Shown piece by piece: positions 9,562 through 18,902 of a stretch of DNA of 64,000 nucleotides (position 1 is its first letter; each line of letters begins with the position of its first letter). Source of the DNA: a virus; IMG/VR virus record IMGVR_UViG_3300047443_000115, positions 27,589-91,588 of that record, one strand, 5' to 3'. A program made the position numbers and the translations under genes. The notes beneath the pieces are model-generated. The model saw nothing but the letters and a program-made list of their open reading frames with translations, did not search any database and had not been told where the DNA came from.

Positions 9562-9854
9562 AGCAGGCCCTTGACGGTGTAGGCGGGGGTCCCGGCGCTG
9601 ATGAGTTTGATGCTGGTGGGCGAGCCGTAGCCGCTGGCGTTGACGATGAGCGAACTCATGCCCGCGGGGAGGACGTCGCAGCCTGCGCCGCCGACGGTGG
9701 GGGTGATGCCGCTGTCGACGGTGGCGTAGATCTCTGCCGCCCCGTCACGGTTGACGATCTCGACGTAGGTGTAGTCGGCGTCGAAGGTGACCGTGTCGAC
9801 GGTGGAGGCGGTGAGGGTCTGGTGCTGGATACGGCTGCCGGTATAGGTCGCCAT
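9558..9854 (-). CDS. Small beta-rich putative virion protein
   Basis: 98 aa, coupled to the tailspike-like gene, GGAGG RBS. Confidence 0.65.
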   Translation of the reverse strand: MATYTGSRIQHQTLTASTVDTVTFDADYTYVEIVNRDGAAEIYATVDSGITPTVGGAGCDVLPAGMSSLIVNASGYGSPTSIKLISAGTPAYTVKGLL

Positions 9855-9904
9855 GCCGGATCACCTCCGTGTGAGGGTTGCGGTCCGGCTGGGGCTGTGG
9901 GGCG

Positions 9905-10159
9905 TCAGCCGCTGGGCGGCCCGGAGACGATGCCGGCGGAGTCGCTCGGGTCCGGGGCGTCGCTCGTGGACGGACTGGGCGCGCTCGGCGACGGGCTTGA
10001 AGACCTGCTCGGGCTGGTGCTGCGGCTGGGGCTGACGGTCGGCCACACTGTGGTCGGCGTCCCGGAAGGTCCCGGCTCGGGGTGCTTGTCACCGCAGCCA
10101 GCGAGGCCGCCGAGGGCGAGCACGGTCACGGCTGCGGCGGTGAGGGCGCGGATGCGCAC
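9905..10159 (-). CDS. Small lipoprotein
   Basis: Signal peptide with LAGC lipobox, Ser/Pro-rich tail. Confidence 0.7.
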   Translation of the reverse strand: MRIRALTAAAVTVLALGGLAGCGDKHPEPGPSGTPTTVWPTVSPSRSTSPSRSSSPSPSAPSPSTSDAPDPSDSAGIVSGPPSG

Positions 10160-10172
10160 TGGGTCTCCAGGG

Positions 10173-10331
10173 TCAGAGGTGCTGGCCGGCGTGGACCAGG
10201 AACGGGAGCACGAATGCGGCGAGTCCGGCGTAGGCGATGCGGTCGCGGTACGGGACGGCCTGCGGTAGGAGCGTGGCGAGCAGCAGCAGGATGAACGCGA
10301 GGAGGTAGCAGACGAGTTCGAGCACGGTCAC
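10173..10331 (-). CDS. Small two-TM membrane protein
   Basis: VTVLELVCYLLAFILLLLATLL...; coupled to upstream gene. Confidence 0.6.
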   Translation of the reverse strand: MTVLELVCYLLAFILLLLATLLPQAVPYRDRIAYAGLAAFVLPFLVHAGQHL

Positions 10332-10510
10332 TCCCGTTCGGCGACGGTGCGGGCGATGGCGATCCATGAGTCGGCGAGGCGTTCGAGGCGTTCCATCAGC
10401 GCGAGGTCGGTGATCATCTTGGCGTTCTGGAGGAGTCTCGCCGCATTACCGATGGCGCCGTCGACGGTGACCGGTGCTGTGGTTGCGGCGATGGGCATCT
10501 CGTCGTCCAT
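10328..10510 (-). CDS. Hypothetical protein
   Basis: 60 aa, GGAGG RBS. Confidence 0.6.
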   Translation of the reverse strand: MDDEMPIAATTAPVTVDGAIGNAARLLQNAKMITDLALMERLERLADSWIAIARTVAERE

Positions 10511-10534
10511 GCCACCTCCCGCCTAGCGTGGGGG

Positions 10535-10662
10535 CCCGCTGCCCGGCGGGCGTAGTGATGACCGGGCAGCGGGGTTCCGGCGCGCCCTTGGGGGGATGCG
10601 AGCGCCGGGGTTGTGTCCTCGCGGCCGGGAGCGCCCCGCAAGCGCTCAACCGGACCGCGAGG
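10535..10662 (-). ncRNA. Candidate structured RNA (three consecutive stem-loops)
   Basis: Inverted repeats 10535-46/10562-73, 10577-83/10602-08 and 10617-28/10650-62 fill the intergenic gap. Confidence 0.45.
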
Positions 10663-10672
10663 AGTGCAGGGG

Positions 10673-10912
10673 TTACGCGGCCTGTAAGGCGACGCGTTCG
10701 CGGCCCTTGACGGGCGGCGCGGGGGTTGCGGTGACGACGCGCCCGTCCTCATCGCGCACGGCCGGGTCGATCTCCATGAGGTCGTATCGGGCCTGCTTGC
10801 CGTGGCCGTAGACGGTGATGCGGCCTTCGGATGCCCAGCGCCAGATGGTGCCGACGGGGCGCCCCGTCCAGTAGGCGACGTCGGAGGCTGTGGCGAGCGC
10901 GGTGGAGGGCAT
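10673..10912 (-). CDS. MerR/BldC-like HTH DNA-binding protein
   Basis: ASDVAYWTGRPVGTIWRWASEGRI...ARYDL. Confidence 0.75.
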   Translation of the reverse strand: MPSTALATASDVAYWTGRPVGTIWRWASEGRITVYGHGKQARYDLMEIDPAVRDEDGRVVTATPAPPVKGRERVALQAA

Positions 10913-10929
10913 GGTCACCTCCGGGTACG

Positions 10930-10957
10930 ACAAAGGCCACCCAGCGTGGGTGGCCTT
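10930..10957 (-). terminator. Intrinsic terminator/attenuator just downstream of the late promoter
   Basis: 11-bp stem AAGGCCACCCA/TGGGTGGCCTT with a short T run. Confidence 0.65.
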
Positions 10958-10984
10958 AGCGCGGACGAACTGCGATCTAAGCAG

Positions 10985-11014
10985 ATGATCGCTTCGCTCT
11001 TGGCCGTTTGTCAA
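10985..11014 (-). promoter_or_regulatory. Putative late promoter
   Basis: TTGACA-N18-GATCAT; a second TTGACA at 11032-11037. Confidence 0.6.
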
Positions 11015-11033
11015 GTGACTGATGTGCCGGTTG

Positions 11034-11675
11034 TCAAGACCCTGGAGCCCACTCCGCCTTGTAGCCGGGCCAGTCGGCGAACGGCGCGGCGATGAGCCGG
11101 AGCGTTGGACACGGATACTCGTCGCCGCACTGCGCGCACTCGAAGCCCGCTTGGTCTGGGCGGTCCCAGTCTGGCGCTCGGCGCCGATAGTGGCGCTTGA
11201 CGATCGCTCGCTTGGCCTCGACTTCGACGAGAACACGGGAGGGATTGTGCCGGGCGATGTGGGTGGCGGTCGCACGTAGCTGGCGGTTGCTGAGCGCGAA
11301 TGCCTCGGCCACGGTGATGTCGTCCACGGCCAGGACTTCGTCGGCTTCGGCGTTCAGGCGCCACGGGCCAGGGCTTGCCGCCAACGCGGCTTCTTCGTCT
11401 TCAAGGAGTCGGGCGTCAATGAATCGACGGAACGCCATGGTCACCTGCGGGTCGATGGGGTCAGCGAGTGGCGCCCAGTGCTGCTGGCTCGGGCCCGACT
11501 CGCCGCCGTCGAATGTCAGCACGATCTTCGGGTCGGTGGGCTCGAACACCGGGAGCCGGTTCCATTCCAGGAGTCCGGCATTGAACCCGTCCACCCACGC
11601 CTGAACATCGTCAGGCAAGGGCTTCGTGGACTGATCTGCCCACCGGGCAGACACCTTCGCGCTGGACATTGTCAA
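11034..11675 (-). CDS. DUF6221-like phage protein
   Basis: FIDARLLEDEEAA...HIARHNPSRVLVEVEAKRAIV...YPCPTLRLIAAPFADWPGY. Confidence 0.75.
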   Translation of the reverse strand: MTMSSAKVSARWADQSTKPLPDDVQAWVDGFNAGLLEWNRLPVFEPTDPKIVLTFDGGESGPSQQHWAPLADPIDPQVTMAFRRFIDARLLEDEEAALAASPGPWRLNAEADEVLAVDDITVAEAFALSNRQLRATATHIARHNPSRVLVEVEAKRAIVKRHYRRRAPDWDRPDQAGFECAQCGDEYPCPTLRLIAAPFADWPGYKAEWAPGS

Positions 11676-11965
11676 CTCTCCTTGCTGGCCATGTAGTCCG
11701 GGGGTGACGCGTCTTCGGGCTGCTTGCGGTGCGGGTGGTCTTCGCCCAGCAGCAGCGCGGCGGCGAGGTCCATGACGCCTCGGTAGTCCGGGTACGTGCG
11801 CAGCATCTCAGCGCCAGCCCGCAGAATGTCCATACGCGCCTCTTCGGCGAGCTGCCGGTTGTCGGCCTTGCAGGCGGCCAGACCTGGCTCGCAGTAGACA
11901 GTGGCGCAGTGAGTGTCGGCACGGCGGATCAGTTGCTCCATTGCGGTCTCGGCCGGGCCGGTCAC
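11672..11965 (-). CDS. Hypothetical protein
   Basis: Coupled ORF. Confidence 0.55.
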   Translation of the reverse strand: MTGPAETAMEQLIRRADTHCATVYCEPGLAACKADNRQLAEEARMDILRAGAEMLRTYPDYRGVMDLAAALLLGEDHPHRKQPEDASPPDYMASKES

Positions 11966-12294
11966 GCCCCACTCCTCGGGTCCGGGTCCCGCTCGGGCTG
12001 ACCATTCTCGCCTCGGTACTCAGCGAGGGCTTCCCGGACGCCGTCCTCGCTGCCGTCGTTGGAGTCCCACCACTCGACGGCCTCCCAGACGTCGGTGAGC
12101 CGCTGCATGCGGACCTGCGCCCGGGTCTGCCACTGCTGGAGCATGACCAGCAGCTCCTCGGTCTCGGCTGCTGCGTCTTGCGCGTACCCGAGTCCGGCGA
12201 GGCGGTCGGCCATCTCCCGGAGGGCGCCGCGCTTGCCGTTGATCTCTTCGAGGTCTTCCGCCCAGCACAGGTAGTTGTAGCTGCCGCCGCTCAT
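11962..12294 (-). CDS. Conserved-looking phage protein (MSGGSYNYL)
   Basis: Coupled ORF, protein-like composition. Confidence 0.65.
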   Translation of the reverse strand: MSGGSYNYLCWAEDLEEINGKRGALREMADRLAGLGYAQDAAAETEELLVMLQQWQTRAQVRMQRLTDVWEAVEWWDSNDGSEDGVREALAEYRGENGQPERDPDPRSGA

Positions 12295-12986
12295 GCCGCC
12301 ATCACCCCCTCGGCCGCTTCCTGCGCCCGCCGCAACTCCCGCCACGCCCCGAGGTCGGGCCATTCGGTGAGGCACTTCGGGCAGCGGACCTTGTGATTGG
12401 CGGTGGTCGCGGTGAGCTGGGCCGCGCACCGTCCGGAGTCGAACACGACGGGGCACAGGCCGATACGGACCCGCCCCGGCTTCGAGTCCGGTGACAGCGC
12501 GCCTGTGCACTCCGCGTGCAGCCGTCGCACCTCCTCAATGTCCTGCCCGACTTCTTCGTACCGCTCGCACGCCCAGCCGAGGTTGTTGGTCAGAAACTCG
12601 ATCTGCTTGGGCAGGGATTGGCCGGCGTTGCCGCGCCACGGGGTGACCGTCCAGCCGAGGGTCTGCCGCCACGCGTCCTCGATGACCTGCAGGCGGGTTG
12701 CGACTCCTCCGGCTGCGGCGAGGTTGAGGACTTCGGCGTTGGCGGGGATCGGCGGGACCCGTGACCCGGTGGGCATGCCGGTGCCGCGCCGGGAGCCGCG
12801 CACGAGGGCGGCAGTGGAGTTCACGCGGGCGAACAGGCCGGGGAGTTCGGCGAGCCGTTTCCCCGTCCGGTCCTGACAGGGCCTGCACGCCCAACGGTTC
12901 GTCTCGTCGGCCCACAGGTCTTTGCTGCAGGCCACGCAGCGCGGCCACTCGTAGCTCTGGTCTTCGGCGGTAGCAAGGTCATGCAC
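12291..12986 (-). CDS. Zinc-finger protein, candidate late-gene regulator
   Basis: CxxC pairs at N and C termini; lies shortly upstream of the late promoter. Confidence 0.6.
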   Translation of the reverse strand: MHDLATAEDQSYEWPRCVACSKDLWADETNRWACRPCQDRTGKRLAELPGLFARVNSTAALVRGSRRGTGMPTGSRVPPIPANAEVLNLAAAGGVATRLQVIEDAWRQTLGWTVTPWRGNAGQSLPKQIEFLTNNLGWACERYEEVGQDIEEVRRLHAECTGALSPDSKPGRVRIGLCPVVFDSGRCAAQLTATTANHKVRCPKCLTEWPDLGAWRELRRAQEAAEGVMAA

Positions 12987-13017
12987 GGCGGGTCTCCTTG
13001 CGGGCGGGGCGGGCGGC

Positions 13018-13356
13018 TCAGTGGCTGATGTAGATGGTCGCCTTGGTGTGGGCGGCGCAGGCATCACGGAGGCGACGCAGATAGTCGAGGGCGCCGTCGT
13101 AGTCACCCCAGCCGTTGGCGGGGTTCATGGCCTCGCACTTGACCGGGTTGGCTTCCATATCCGCAACGGCGCGGATGAGGTCGTCGACGTAGTCGCCGGC
13201 CGTCTCGTCCTTCAACTCGGCAAGCCGGTAGCCGAGAGCTTCGGCCCACATGCCGGAGACGTTGGCGGTGTAGTTGCCGATGTCGGCAGGGCAGAACTCG
13301 TGGGGCTCGGGGCCGCCCGTATCGACTGTGACGTAGAGGGCGATGTCGTAGCTCAC
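13018..13356 (-). CDS. Hypothetical phage protein
   Basis: NYTANVSGMW...MNPANGWGDYDGAL. Confidence 0.65.
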   Translation of the reverse strand: MSYDIALYVTVDTGGPEPHEFCPADIGNYTANVSGMWAEALGYRLAELKDETAGDYVDDLIRAVADMEANPVKCEAMNPANGWGDYDGALDYLRRLRDACAAHTKATIYISH

Positions 13357-13592
13357 GGGCGGGTTTTCCCTGCGATGGCGTCGTCGATCCGGTCGGCGTA
13401 GTCGACGGCGATGCCGTAGGGCGAACACCAGGTCCGCATGTCGATGGCGAGAGCCTGGACGCGTTCGACAGCGTCCTGCGCCTTCTGCGTTGCGGTCTCG
13501 TTGCTAGCGCAGATTTCGGCGATGGTCAGCTCGTCGAAGTTCTCCATGTACCAGCGGGCGCGATCGCTGAGCTCGTCGTAAGGGTTGGCCAC
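13353..13592 (-). CDS. Hypothetical protein
   Basis: 79 aa, GAGGAG RBS. Confidence 0.6.
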   Translation of the reverse strand: MANPYDELSDRARWYMENFDELTIAEICASNETATQKAQDAVERVQALAIDMRTWCSPYGIAVDYADRIDDAIAGKTRP

Positions 13593-13661
13593 AGGCGGGT
13601 GCTCCTCGGGTGCGGGCGGTACGAGGTGCTCAGTCTCTGACTGTAATCATGCACACCCTGG

Positions 13662-13910
13662 GTGACATCCGGGCCAACGACTGCGCAGATTGCACAATCT
13701 CCCCACCGTGCGCCGGTTCAGCCCGCCACACTCAACTCCATGGCGGTCGCGTTGTGGGCGTTGGGTGATGACGAGGCGGAGTTGGCCGAGTGGCTGGCTG
13801 CTCACGACATGCTGCCGGTGGGGCAGCCGGTGCACGGGGTCACGGCGCGGGCCCGGCTGATGCAGCGCTGCGAGCCGCGGGGCGTCGAGGCTGAGCCCGA
13901 GCACGGCTGA
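13662..13910 (+). CDS. Possible small protein (start uncertain)
   Basis: Ends at a hairpin terminator; divergent from 13592. Confidence 0.35.
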   Translation: MTSGPTTAQIAQSPHRAPVQPATLNSMAVALWALGDDEAELAEWLAAHDMLPVGQPVHGVTARARLMQRCEPRGVEAEPEHG

Positions 13911-13935
13911 GGCCCCCGCTTTCGGCGGGGGCCTC
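13909..13935. terminator. Bidirectional hairpin ending the transfer operon
   Basis: GAGGCCCCCGC-tttcg-GCGGGGGCCTC between convergent genes. Confidence 0.7.
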
Positions 13936-13955
13936 GTGGGGCGGGGTGGCGGTCA

Positions 13956-14414
13956 TCACCCTCGGATGTTGGTCCGGTTGTCGATGCGGACGTTGACGTT
14001 GACCTTGCCGGATCCTCCCCCGCCGCCCATGCGCATCAGGTAGACGATGGCGAGGCACACGCCGGTGCCGACGATCGCGCCGGTGGCTTCGGCCATGGCG
14101 TGGAACATCAGGCCGGCGCCCCCTCCGACTCCCACCGCGCAGATACCTCCGGCGACGAGGCGCTTGGGCCACGGGTCGGGCTGGAAGGTAGCGGGGATGG
14201 CGGGTGGTGAGGCTGCGGTCTGTGCCGGCGGGTGGGCGTACAGGCCGACGGGCCCGTTCGGTGTGTCCATGAACGCGTCCGGCGCCGGGCCGGGCATGAG
14301 GCGCCCGTCGGCGGTGCGGGGCGGCGACCAGGCGGGGCGGATGAACGGGCCTTCGGCTTCGTCGATGGTGGGCCACCCGGCAGGCGGGGACGGCGTGGGC
14401 TGCTGTCGGTACAT
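13956..14414 (-). CDS. Pro-rich two-TM protein, Spd-like transfer accessory
   Basis: Directly after traB; Pro-rich N terminus, two TM helices. Confidence 0.6.
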   Translation of the reverse strand: MYRQQPTPSPPAGWPTIDEAEGPFIRPAWSPPRTADGRLMPGPAPDAFMDTPNGPVGLYAHPPAQTAASPPAIPATFQPDPWPKRLVAGGICAVGVGGGAGLMFHAMAEATGAIVGTGVCLAIVYLMRMGGGGGSGKVNVNVRIDNRTNIRG

Positions 14415-14434
14415 GGCGGGCTCCTTGGGTGGGG

Positions 14435-16438
14435 TTAGGCGACGGCTTCTGCGGGGGTCTTGGCGGTAGCCCAGCTACCGCGCTTGATGTTCTGGACGAG
14501 GCCTTCTTCGGCAAGGCGAGCGAGCGTGGTGGACGCGGTGGACAGGGGCGCGTCGACGGCGAGAGCGATGGCACCGGTGTAGGCGTATTCGACGGTGTCG
14601 AGGTGAGCGAGGATCGCCGCCTTGTATGTGGTGCGTGCGGCCTTGGCGGCGGCGGGGGTCTGCGCCGGCATCTTCTGGGGGCTGAAGGTCCTGGCGACGA
14701 CCTGCTGCGGGGTTCGGGCGCCGTCCTTGAGGATCGCCGCCCACTTGGCGTAAGACAGTTCAGCGACCGCGCGGTCTTCGGGGCCGAGGTGCCAGGTCTC
14801 GCCCTTGGTGGCCCACCCGAACACGTCATCGATCAGCGAGGTTCGCATCACTGACGGGCGGGCCTGAGGACCGAGCGCGTAGCCGAGACCAGAGGTCGTG
14901 GTCTTGTCCGGCCACAGCCGCGGCAACTTGTTCGGCGAAACGTCGAACGACGACTGGAACGCAACCTGCCCGGACAGACCCGAGCTGGTACGCAGCACGA
15001 TGACATTGCCCGACGCGACCGAGTCCCGCAGCGGACTGGAGTTGCCGAGCTGGGACAGCAGTGGCATCTGCGTGACCAGGCGCAATTTGCAGCCGCACTT
15101 GCGGCCCATGAGTGCAATGTCCTCGGCGGCTTCGACGGCTAGCGGGTGGCAGGAGAACACGTCGTGGGCTTCGTCGATGGTCAGGGAGTACAGCGGGTCC
15201 CTGCCGTCAGCGACACGGCCGGGCTCGAAGGACCCCTTGCCCTTGCGGGTACGCCCCAGGTGATCGGTCCAGATCATTGAGGCGTACCGCTCGTTGCGGC
15301 CCAGCATCACGTCGCGCATCACCAGCAGTTCGATGACGCCCTCGGTGGCCGAGTCGGCGAAGTGGTCGACGTTGTCCTGCCAGTCGGGCAGGGACTGGCC
15401 GCGCTGCGGGTCGACGACGCGCGACACGATGAGGCCGTCGGCGTGCCGTTCGGTGGCCAGTAGTTCGTCAAGGAGCCGGGACTTGCCGGAGTCGGAGCTT
15501 CCGGAGATGAGGCTATGAACGGCGCCGGAGCCTGGCTTGTAGTGCTGGTACTCGACCGGGATGGCGTCGGCGTAGACGCCGATCATCGAGATCCCCGTCT
15601 CGGGGTTGAATGCGGACGGGCCGGGCCAGTAGTTGAGCTGCTGCAGCGGATTCCGGGGGTACACCGACAGGTGGGCGCGGCGTTCGGAGCCGGTCTCGGT
15701 GCGCTCGATCACAACCGATGAGAGCGGCACGTCGTAGGCGCCCGCGATCTTCACGGCGGCAGAAATCGCGTCGTCGACCGTGAGTAGGCCCGGGGGGAGG
15801 TCGATCAGTGCCTTCCATGCCCCAGGGACGCCCTCGATGCCCTCAGGTGCGATGAGCGCGGAGTCGGGAAGCCGGCGGCCCGGAGCGGCGATGCTCTCGC
15901 GCCAGATCCGCACCCACTCGTCTTCGGTTTCCGCCTCCGTCTCGGCGATGGGGCGGATGCGGTGGTGCCACCACCACGGGCCGCCGAGGACGGCGAGGAA
16001 CCACAGGAAAGTGAAGCCGGGAACGGGCGGCGCCCACGGGCCCACCAGCGTCATCGTCATCAGCAGCGCTAGAGCGGCACCGGTGTTGACGAGGGCGTAG
16101 AACAGCTCGCGGCGCGACAGGCCACGGCCGTTGCGGGTGCGGCGGCGAATCCACCAGGCCAGCGCGATGGCCGCGGCCACGTCGGCGGTCGCGGCGCTGC
16201 GTACACCGCCAGGCGCCAGGTGCATGGCACCCCCGGCGATGTCGACGAGAGCCGCGGCGTAGGCGGGGGCGAGACGCCGACGGTGCTTGATGCCAAACCG
16301 GGCAGCGCGGTGCAGGCCCTGAACGGTCCGCACGGTGCGCTCCAGCCGGATGCGGCGCGCCCTGAAGGGCACGACGGACACCGGGAGCGTCGGAACCTTA
16401 CGGACTCCGGTGAGCAGCTGGGGTGTGGTGTGGTCCAT
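14435..16438 (-). CDS. traB: FtsK/SpoIIIE-like conjugative DNA translocase (TraB type)
   Basis: N-terminal TM segments, Walker A ISGSSDSGKS, Walker B LTIDEAH, GRKCG..LRLVTQ, C-terminal winged HTH. Confidence 0.85.
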   Translation of the reverse strand: MDHTTPQLLTGVRKVPTLPVSVVPFRARRIRLERTVRTVQGLHRAARFGIKHRRRLAPAYAAALVDIAGGAMHLAPGGVRSAATADVAAAIALAWWIRRRTRNGRGLSRRELFYALVNTGAALALLMTMTLVGPWAPPVPGFTFLWFLAVLGGPWWWHHRIRPIAETEAETEDEWVRIWRESIAAPGRRLPDSALIAPEGIEGVPGAWKALIDLPPGLLTVDDAISAAVKIAGAYDVPLSSVVIERTETGSERRAHLSVYPRNPLQQLNYWPGPSAFNPETGISMIGVYADAIPVEYQHYKPGSGAVHSLISGSSDSGKSRLLDELLATERHADGLIVSRVVDPQRGQSLPDWQDNVDHFADSATEGVIELLVMRDVMLGRNERYASMIWTDHLGRTRKGKGSFEPGRVADGRDPLYSLTIDEAHDVFSCHPLAVEAAEDIALMGRKCGCKLRLVTQMPLLSQLGNSSPLRDSVASGNVIVLRTSSGLSGQVAFQSSFDVSPNKLPRLWPDKTTTSGLGYALGPQARPSVMRTSLIDDVFGWATKGETWHLGPEDRAVAELSYAKWAAILKDGARTPQQVVARTFSPQKMPAQTPAAAKAARTTYKAAILAHLDTVEYAYTGAIALAVDAPLSTASTTLARLAEEGLVQNIKRGSWATAKTPAEAVA

Positions 16439-16506
16439 CGGTTCGGGTCTCCTCGCGGTGATTGGCGGCCCGGCCGCAGATGGTGCGGCCGGGCCGGGGC
16501 GGGCTG

Positions 16507-17637
16507 CTAGTCGCCGGTGTAGAAAGCCTTCTCGGCGGCCTGCGGGGTGGAGTCGTGGGCTTCCTTCATCAGGCTGTGCTTGCGGATCACCAGCTCGCGG
16601 GCGTGGCCGGCCTGGCCGCGCAGGAATTCGGCGGCCTGCAGGCGGGTCCGGGCGGCGTCGGAGCGGGACTTGAACGGCTCGATGAGGGAGTTGATGGCGC
16701 CGAGGGATTCGCCGTCCAGGCCGAGGGAGGCGAGGTTCGAGACGAGGCTCTCGATGTTGGCAACTTCGGCTTCGGAGCGCTGCACGTCGGCGGTGGCGTC
16801 GTCGATGTTCGCGGTCGCTTCGACGGCGATTGCTTCGAGTCCAGCAATGACGCCGGTGAAGTTCGCAGCGTCGGCGGTGGTGGTGGTGATAGGCACGGTC
16901 AGGGGGGTCCTTCCGTTTTTGACGGCCGGGATGGCCGTCCTTTTGTGGGATGCGATGTCGAGAACCGGGGCGAGTCCCGGCTCGGTGCTGTCGGGGCTTG
17001 GTTTGTCGTCGCGGGTGGCGGCCGGGCACAGGGGTGTGCCGTCGGCGTGAGAGAACGGGGCTTCCATCGCCGTGGAGCCGGCGCCGGGTACGACTCGGGT
17101 GGGCTTCTTCTTCACGACGGACTTGTTGCACACCGAGCAGGCGAAGTCGGGCGCCGGGTCTTCGCCGACGGTGATGACGGGGATGGCCTTCTTGACGAAG
17201 TCCGGCACGTCAAGGTCGTCTTTCAGGGGCGCTGCGGCGTTCTTGTTGTCGAGGGCGGTGATGACGACCTCGACTGTGGCTGCAGGCGCCGGGGCGTCCT
17301 CGACCTTGGGGGTCTTGGTCGCATCAACCTTGGGGTCGTCGACCGGGCGGCCGAGCTTCTTCGACGTCCAGTCCCACCCGCGGCTCCAACCGGCCTTGGT
17401 GCCGCGGCCGAAACCGCGGGTTGCCGTCCCCAGACTGCGAGCGGTAACGACACCGACGGCCGCACTGGTGGCGCCGAACCCGATCCCGGCGATCTCGCTG
17501 CCGGACCGCTCCCGCGCTTCTTCCTCCTTTCGGGTCTTCAGTTCCTGGTAGTGGGCATAGGGGGCGATGGCGGCACTCTTGGCGCCTTGGTAGGCGCCGG
17601 TGAAGAACGCCACGAGGATGATCAGTAGGAGTTCCAT
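16507..17637 (-). CDS. Membrane-anchored transfer-region protein
   Basis: N-terminal TM, low-complexity middle, helical C terminus; upstream of traB. Confidence 0.6.
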   Translation of the reverse strand: MELLLIILVAFFTGAYQGAKSAAIAPYAHYQELKTRKEEEARERSGSEIAGIGFGATSAAVGVVTARSLGTATRGFGRGTKAGWSRGWDWTSKKLGRPVDDPKVDATKTPKVEDAPAPAATVEVVITALDNKNAAAPLKDDLDVPDFVKKAIPVITVGEDPAPDFACSVCNKSVVKKKPTRVVPGAGSTAMEAPFSHADGTPLCPAATRDDKPSPDSTEPGLAPVLDIASHKRTAIPAVKNGRTPLTVPITTTTADAANFTGVIAGLEAIAVEATANIDDATADVQRSEAEVANIESLVSNLASLGLDGESLGAINSLIEPFKSRSDAARTRLQAAEFLRGQAGHARELVIRKHSLMKEAHDSTPQAAEKAFYTGD

Positions 17638-17638
17638 G

Positions 17639-18163
17639 TCAGCGCGCCCCAAACATCCACGCGAGGGGCCAGCTGATGATGCTGGCCCAGATGGCGCAGA
17701 CGCCCATGACGATGGCCCCGGCGGTGCCCGGGATCGTGGCGCCGGCGAGAGGGGTGGCGGCGGCGTAGGCCAGGGTGCGGTTAGTGACCTTGTGGCCGTG
17801 ACCGCCTCCGCCATTACCGCGTCCGGCGCCCTTTGCGCCTGCGCCCTTGGTGCCTGCGGATGCGCCGCCCTTGTGGGGCCACAGGTCGGCGATGAGTACG
17901 GCGACGACGACCAGGCCGGTGATGCCGAGCACGACGGTGCCGGTCCACTGGCCGATGAATCCGCCGAGCCACCCGTCGGCCGTTGAAATCATGGCTCGCA
18001 CGGATCGGCCGAGCGGCGTCCCGATGATCGCCGTGACTCCGGCGATCACCAGGCCCACTGTGAGTCGCGGCCACGCCTTGCGGCCGACCGTGCGGAGCAG
18101 AGCAGCGATAACGAGGGCGATCACGCCTACGCCGACGCTGATCCCTGCATGGAGCAGGTTCAT
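17639..18163 (-). CDS. Multi-TM membrane protein (Spd-like)
   Basis: About four hydrophobic segments; AAAGGAGG RBS. Confidence 0.65.
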   Translation of the reverse strand: MNLLHAGISVGVGVIALVIAALLRTVGRKAWPRLTVGLVIAGVTAIIGTPLGRSVRAMISTADGWLGGFIGQWTGTVVLGITGLVVVAVLIADLWPHKGGASAGTKGAGAKGAGRGNGGGGHGHKVTNRTLAYAAATPLAGATIPGTAGAIVMGVCAIWASIISWPLAWMFGAR

Positions 18164-18293
18164 GAGCGTCCTCCTTTGGATGTTGTTGCAGTTACGGACA
18201 GTTGCGGTATCCTCGCGCGCGCCCGCAGGCGCGTCGCCTGACGCGTAGGAACTGGGGACTTCACTTCCGGCAGCGAATGTGAATTGTGAAGAG

Positions 18294-18902
18294 TCACGGA
18301 GAGCCACCATTCGACGGGCCCGCAACCGCCCACAAGCCGGGGCCGATCCTCGCTACGGCCCCCCTGTTCGCGAGCCGGTTCAAGACCGTGGAGACCGACG
18401 ACTTGTTCAGACGAAGGGCATCCGCCAGTGCGGTGGTCGTCTCGGGAGACGGTGCTTGAGCGAGGTGGGCCAGAACCGATGCCGTGACCGCAGGCCTGGC
18501 GGGGGGCGTCACGCAGGCGGCTGCGCTGATCACCTTCGCTTGCGTTCGCATCTTCGGCGGCGGCGTGGCCCTGACCAGGCGTTTCGGCGTCGATCGCGCC
18601 GGGAGTGGCCACTGCAGGTGACCGGCCCGAACGACTTCGCGCTCGACGATCTCCACAGCGTCTCGATCGCCGAAGTCGAACCACTCGCCGCGGGTTCGGA
18701 ATCGGCGCAGAATGCTATGGAGCTTCTGCTCCAGATCCCTTCCGCCTGCGGTTTTCCACATCACGCACAGAGGGACGGGGCAGCCGCCCTGAAGGGATAC
18801 GAGTCGGCGATCGATCTTCGTCGTTGTTCCGATCTTCACATACCGGAAGTCCGGAGACCCAATGACGTAGACCACCGAGCCCGCTTGCCCTGCCCCGGTC
18901 AC
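18294..18902 (-). CDS. GIY-YIG (T5orf172/MUG113-like) nuclease fused to C-terminal HTH
   Basis: VYVIG...VKIGTT...RRL..LQ...LEQKLH...RGEWF; C-terminal LADALRLNKSSVSTVLNRL. Confidence 0.8.
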   Translation of the reverse strand: MTGAGQAGSVVYVIGSPDFRYVKIGTTTKIDRRLVSLQGGCPVPLCVMWKTAGGRDLEQKLHSILRRFRTRGEWFDFGDRDAVEIVEREVVRAGHLQWPLPARSTPKRLVRATPPPKMRTQAKVISAAACVTPPARPAVTASVLAHLAQAPSPETTTALADALRLNKSSVSTVLNRLANRGAVARIGPGLWAVAGPSNGGSP

